This document shows, in pieces, positions 59,994 to 64,000 of a stretch of 64,000 bases of DNA. The notes beneath the pieces were generated by a model. The model worked only from the letters and a program-made list of their open reading frames with translations, did no database searches and had not been told where the DNA came from. The DNA is from Candidatus Caldarchaeum sp. (GTDB taxonomy: Archaea; Thermoproteota; Nitrososphaeria_A; Caldarchaeales; Caldarchaeaceae): contig JAWBKB010000002.1 of the NCBI GenBank assembly GCA_038831915.1, positions 1 to 64,000 on the forward strand, in the 5' to 3' direction. The position numbers and the translations under genes were made by a program. Position 1 is the stretch's first letter. The number at the start of each line of letters is the position of its first letter.

Positions 59994-60299
59994 ATGGTTG
60001 ACGATAGTTTAGTCGGCAGAATAGTCATGAAGGTTAGAGGACGAGACGCGGGACGAAAAGGTGTCGTTGTATCCGTTTTCTCTGGTGGATTTGTGTTAGT
60101 GACAGGTCCCAAATCTCTAACAGGTTTGAGAAGAAAACGCGTCAACATCATTCATATATTGCCAACTCCTTATAAGATTGAGATATCAAAGGATGCGTCC
60201 GACGAAGAAGTCACAAAAGCAATAAAAGAAGCAAACCTTGAAAAATACATGGTCGAAAAACATGAAATTAGGCAAGCCGCCTTGGCATCGAAAATATGA
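59994..60299 (+). CDS. rpl14e: Ribosomal protein L14e
   Basis: GRDAGRK, VTGPKSLTG.RRKRVN. Confidence 0.95.
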   Translation: MVDDSLVGRIVMKVRGRDAGRKGVVVSVFSGGFVLVTGPKSLTGLRRKRVNIIHILPTPYKIEISKDASDEEVTKAIKEANLEKYMVEKHEIRQAALASKI

Positions 60300-61286
60300 A
60301 ACACTCGTGAAAAGGGAAGCTGAAACCGATTTTCGCTACGGCAAGCCTCCGCAAGAAAGGACTGTTGATGAACTTTTACAATCATGCGTGATAAGCTTTG
60401 ACAAGCAACGCGGGCCCACAAGCCACGAGGTCGCGTACTTGGTTCGGAAGATTCTAAACGTGGAGCAGGTCGGACAAGGCGGGACCCTTGAGCAAAGCGG
60501 GGAAATCCCGCAGTCTCCGGCGTTCTACCATTAATGGTGGGGGAAGCAACCAAAATCGCGCCTGTCTTCATGCAGGGCGGAAAAGAATACGTTGGATTGA
60601 TGGAATTTCACGGCGATGTGACAGATCAATCGATAAAGGAGGCTTTCGCCCTTTTCACGGGAGAAATTTATCAGGTTCCGCCTGTTCGGGCGTCGGTTGC
60701 GAGAAGACCGAGGATAAGAAAAGTTTACTATTTTGAGTTTCTTGAAAGAGATGGTAGGTACGTTCTTTTCCGTCTCGGATGCTCAGGCGGAACGTATGTC
60801 CGTAAAATCTGCCACGACATTGGAGAATACATAGGGGTCGGAGCTCACATGGAGGAACTGCGGAGAACAAGGGCAGGACCTTTCACCGAACAACGTTCCC
60901 ATGGATTTCTCGCACTCTACGAAGCAGTTGCCGCATACCGCGAGACCGGCCATGAATCTGCAATTCGAAACATCCTCGAGCCAGTGGAAAACGCGTTGTC
61001 ACTTGTACCAAAGGTGTATGTTCTCGACACGGCTGTCGACGCTATCTGCCATGGAGCCGACTTGATGGCTGCGGGCATTGCCAAGCTCGACTCAGACATC
61101 GAAGTAAACAGCTTCGTCGCTGTGATGACCTTGAAAAACGAATTGGTAGCGTTAGGAAAAGCTGTGATGAACAGTTCACAGATGATAGAGGCCACGGAAG
61201 GCCTTGCGGTCGACGTAACCCGTGTAATCATGCGGAAATCAACATATCCACCTGTTTGGAAAGGAGGCCTCCAACACGTCCATTAA
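60262..61286 (+). CDS. cbf5: H/ACA pseudouridine synthase Cbf5; two exons (60262-60490, 60505-61286)
   Basis: GPTSHEV..GGTL in one frame and PAVSGVLP..GGTYVR..PUA in another; removing 14 nt restores GTLDP. Confidence 0.93.
60491..60504 (+). other. 14-nt BHB-type mRNA intron (AGCAAAGCGGGGAA) in cbf5
   Basis: Outer helix GCGGGA/TCCCGC, 4-bp central helix CCCT/GGGG, 3-nt bulges TGA and AAA. Confidence 0.9.
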
Positions 61287-61322
61287 CTTAAAACATTACC
61301 AATCGCATGATTAACTAGAATT

Positions 61323-61411
61323 GCCGGGGTCCCTCAGCCTGGTAGAGGGCAGGCCTGGAGAGCCTGTGGCCCTTCTGGGCCGCGTGGGTTCAAATCCCAC
61401 CCCCGGCGCCA
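61323..61411 (+). tRNA. tRNA-Ser(GGA), intronless, CCA encoded
   Basis: Acceptor stem GCCGGGG/CCCCGGC, anticodon arm CAGGC-CT-GGA-GA-GCCTG, long variable arm, GTTCAAATC T-loop. Confidence 0.96.
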
Positions 61412-61578
61412 CATTTCACAGACCATCCGAACCAATGAATTTCATCAAATTTTCAAAGAGGGATGCAGAAACTAAGCTTCCATCAAAGCCGTCCAATCGC
61501 ATAATTTGATTTGTTTGCTGTCCTTTCGCACATCATGTCTGTCACGGTTATTACGTGCCTCTTTGATTTGTCCATGGT

Positions 61579-62070
61579 TTGTCTGGCTCCGTTCACCGCA
61601 TCGAAGCGTTGAAAAAAGCTCACAAACGTGAAAGGGGACACGTTAAGCTGGCGGAAGAGTATTTAGAAGCTGTTTATGAAATTCTGCAATCTAGGGGGAC
61701 AACGGTCAGGCCGGTGGATGTCGCCCGTGCTCTAAACGTGGCCCCGAGCACCGTCAAAAAAGTTATCACTGGCCTCTGCGAGAAAGGGTACTTGAATTAC
61801 GAGCCTTACAAAAGGCTGGACCTGACGGAAGAAGGTTTGGCAAAAATTCAGCAGCTGAAGCGTCGTCATGACACCGTTTCGAAGCTCTTTCAAATTCTTG
61901 GAATGAAGGAGTTGGACGCAGAAGTTGAAGCCGAACGACTGGAGCACAGCCTCAGCGAAAAATCAACCGCCTTACTCAAGTCACTGTTGGAAGCGCTGAG
62001 CAGCGACCCCGTTTTGTTGGAAAATGTTCGACGCGGAATGACCGCTACGGATGCTATCAAGAAAAGCTGA
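61579..62070 (+). CDS. DtxR/MntR-family metal-dependent repressor
   Basis: EEYLEAVY, HTH DVARALNVAPSTV, RRH, AERLEH. Confidence 0.9.
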   Translation: MSGSVHRIEALKKAHKRERGHVKLAEEYLEAVYEILQSRGTTVRPVDVARALNVAPSTVKKVITGLCEKGYLNYEPYKRLDLTEEGLAKIQQLKRRHDTVSKLFQILGMKELDAEVEAERLEHSLSEKSTALLKSLLEALSSDPVLLENVRRGMTATDAIKKS

Positions 62071-62077
62071 CGGAGCT

Positions 62078-62090
62078 TACGAAAATCGTA
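62078..62090. promoter_or_regulatory. Lrp/LysM-type operator palindrome TACGA-AAA-TCGTA
   Basis: Perfect 5-3-5 inverted repeat about 30 nt upstream of the TATA-like TTTTATCTATAAATA preceding homocitrate synthase. Confidence 0.6.
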
Positions 62091-62147
62091 TTAAATTCAC
62101 TGAAGCCGCAACGCAGTTTATCTATAAATACGAAAGATATTGGCTAA

Positions 62148-63545
62148 TTGCGAGTTCGATTGACGACGTTACTTGATTCGACACTTCGCGAAGGTGAGCT
62201 TTTCCGAGTTCTGAAACTTTCCGCTAAACTCGAGCTGGTTGAAAAGCTTGCGGACTTGGGCTTGCGCAGAATCGAAGTTACTGTCGATTATCCGCCGAGG
62301 ACAACAAGGGAAGACGTCGAACCGGTCGTCAACAGGTGCAGAGATTTGGGAGTTGAATGCGTCATTCATGGAAGAGCTGTCAAACAAGATGTTGAGTCGG
62401 CTTTGAGATATGATGCGGCCGGAGTGGCATTCTACATCGCTCCAACCGAAATTCATCGGCAGCATAAGCTTCACGGAATAAGTTATGACGAAGCTTTGAA
62501 AAGGCTCGCTGAATCCATAGACGCGGCGAAAGAGGCAGGGTTCCGCTACATCCGGGCGACCGTAGAGGATGCTTCTAGGTTTTTCGTGGAAAACCAAAAC
62601 GAACAACTAGTCTCAGCTGTCAAAAGTCTTTCACATGCTGGTGCAACATTAGTAAGCGTACCGGACACCGCGGGCCTTCTATCACCACCAAAAGCCGCGC
62701 ATTTCATCCGATTTGTCAAAAACGCTACTAACGTGCCGTTGGCCGCACATTTTCACAACGATTACGGCATGGCTTCAGCCAACACGATAGCCGCGATTTT
62801 GGAAAACGTCAACGAAGCCCATGTCACGGTGATGGGTGTGGGAGACCGAAACGGAATAGCGGACCTTTATGAAGTCGTCGCTGTTCTCGAAGACGTTCAC
62901 GGCGTCAGCCTCGGAATTAAACGGGATAAGATGAGCAGCCTTTACAGCTTCTTCGCCAAAGTCGCTGGCGTAAAGCTTCCATGGCGGCATCCGCTTTCCG
63001 AAGAATCACGAACAATAAGAGCGGGGGTGCATCAGGCCATGGCAGTTGAAAAGCCTGAAGGATACATGCCGACCAAAAAACTCGAACACGACGTCGCTAA
63101 TCCAGTTTTTACATTAGGCGTCTACGCCAGTCACCGTCTCGTGGCCGCACTGACAGGCCTTAATCCCAACGACCCGAGAGTTAGGGCGGCGACAGAAGCC
63201 CTCGCTCACAAAGCACGTGAAAAAAATGGATACCTCAGCGTTACTGAGCTGAACGAAATCTTGCTTAACACTCTTGGAATTCAGGTCGAAAAACAAACAC
63301 TAATGAAATATTTGAGCGGCGAAAAAATCTATGTCCTCGCAAAGTTGAACCCAAGGTACGACCCAAACAAGATTTACGAAGTGTTGATGTCCTGGGATGA
63401 AATCGAAGCAGTCGACGAGGTGTACGGAGACGTTGACATGATATTCGTCGCCAGGGCCAAATTTTCACATGACAACGTCGTCGAACGGTTCAAAACCGTC
63501 TTCTCAGAAGCGTTAGAAGAAGTCAAAGTCTACGTGGCCGACTGA
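62148..63545 (+). CDS. Homocitrate synthase (DRE-TIM) with C-terminal RAM/AsnC-like domain
   Basis: DSTLREGE, PDTAG, HFHNDYG, GVGDRNG, AGVH; tail EVYGDVD. Confidence 0.8.
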   Translation: MRVRLTTLLDSTLREGELFRVLKLSAKLELVEKLADLGLRRIEVTVDYPPRTTREDVEPVVNRCRDLGVECVIHGRAVKQDVESALRYDAAGVAFYIAPTEIHRQHKLHGISYDEALKRLAESIDAAKEAGFRYIRATVEDASRFFVENQNEQLVSAVKSLSHAGATLVSVPDTAGLLSPPKAAHFIRFVKNATNVPLAAHFHNDYGMASANTIAAILENVNEAHVTVMGVGDRNGIADLYEVVAVLEDVHGVSLGIKRDKMSSLYSFFAKVAGVKLPWRHPLSEESRTIRAGVHQAMAVEKPEGYMPTKKLEHDVANPVFTLGVYASHRLVAALTGLNPNDPRVRAATEALAHKAREKNGYLSVTELNEILLNTLGIQVEKQTLMKYLSGEKIYVLAKLNPRYDPNKIYEVLMSWDEIEAVDEVYGDVDMIFVARAKFSHDNVVERFKTVFSEALEEVKVYVAD

Positions 63546-63961
63546 TCACGAACAAGTGCTGGAAGGGCGCGAGCTGCTTCCGCCCCGAAGGCTTTCACCA
63601 CGTCAGTCGCAGTAACTATTCCGACAAGCTTTTCGTCGGAAACCACGAGCAACCGCCTGATTTTATTTTTCGCCATTATCGAGACAGCTTCTTCGACGGA
63701 TGTACGCTCACCAACCACCACCACCGGCGAAGACATTACTTGTTTCACAGTTGTTCTGCGTGGGGAAAGACCTGCGGCCAAAACTTTCCTCACCAAATCC
63801 CGTTCCGTAATGATTCCAACAGGTTTTTCGCCGACCGTTACGACAACAGACCCCACCTCGGCTTGAGCCATGATACGGGCCGCCGTATAGACGGTTGTTT
63901 CAGGCGAAACGGTGACAACGTCCTGCGTCATTATGTCTTTTACCACAGTCGCCGCAGGCAT
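63530..63961 (-). CDS. CBS-domain pair protein
   Basis: VKDIMT, GIITERD, GIVTATD. Confidence 0.9.
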   Translation of the reverse strand: MPAATVVKDIMTQDVVTVSPETTVYTAARIMAQAEVGSVVVTVGEKPVGIITERDLVRKVLAAGLSPRRTTVKQVMSSPVVVVGERTSVEEAVSIMAKNKIRRLLVVSDEKLVGIVTATDVVKAFGAEAARALPALVRDQSAT

Positions 63962-64000
63962 GACGATACTGTTGACGAAGCTTTCTAAAAGGTGTTTCAA

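Noticed and set aside
60238-61286. cbf5 as a frameshifted pseudogene or programmed frameshift
   Set aside because: A clean BHB intron explains the frame change exactly
61321-61509. 62-aa ORF in the track
   Set aside because: It overlaps tRNA-Ser and is a shadow ORF
61412-61578. Integrated element after tRNA-Ser
   Set aside because: No integrase and no duplicated tRNA 3' end seen in the window
1-64000. CRISPR array, rRNA, SRP or RNase P RNA, defence system
   Set aside because: No regularly spaced repeats or recognisable signatures found by eye

Overview
Mostly core genome of a compact TACK archaeon. The gene content and order suggest Caldarchaeales/'Aigarchaeota', which is my inference and not a database result. 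The window opens with a small accessory patch: a decayed IS6-type element and a partial Liv ABC transporter. It continues with a K+-independent H+-PPase, a helicase operon, dph2-csl4-rpoL-tfs, a Mo-hydroxylase/cyclic-amidohydrolase cluster, mevalonate-pathway genes and gltX. Most of the remainder is translation, transcription, KEOPS and RNase P genes, Tat, split MetE, the S10/spc ribosomal block through secY, cbf5, tRNA-Ser(GGA) and a homocitrate synthase. Highlights: (1) a 14-nt bulge-helix-bulge intron splitting the catalytic Asp codon of cbf5; (2) a 158-aa mini-intein in the aIF5B P-loop; (3) a LysM/Lrp-type palindrome upstream of the RAM-domain homocitrate synthase; (4) an Hrq1/YprA-like helicase fused to a degenerate YprB-like exonuclease domain; (5) single TATA boxes centred between divergent genes; (6) an in-frame amber codon in a CPBP protease. 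I found no CRISPR array, no rRNA and no clear wholly new multi-gene system. The helicase operon and the Mo-hydroxylase cluster are the least explained loci.
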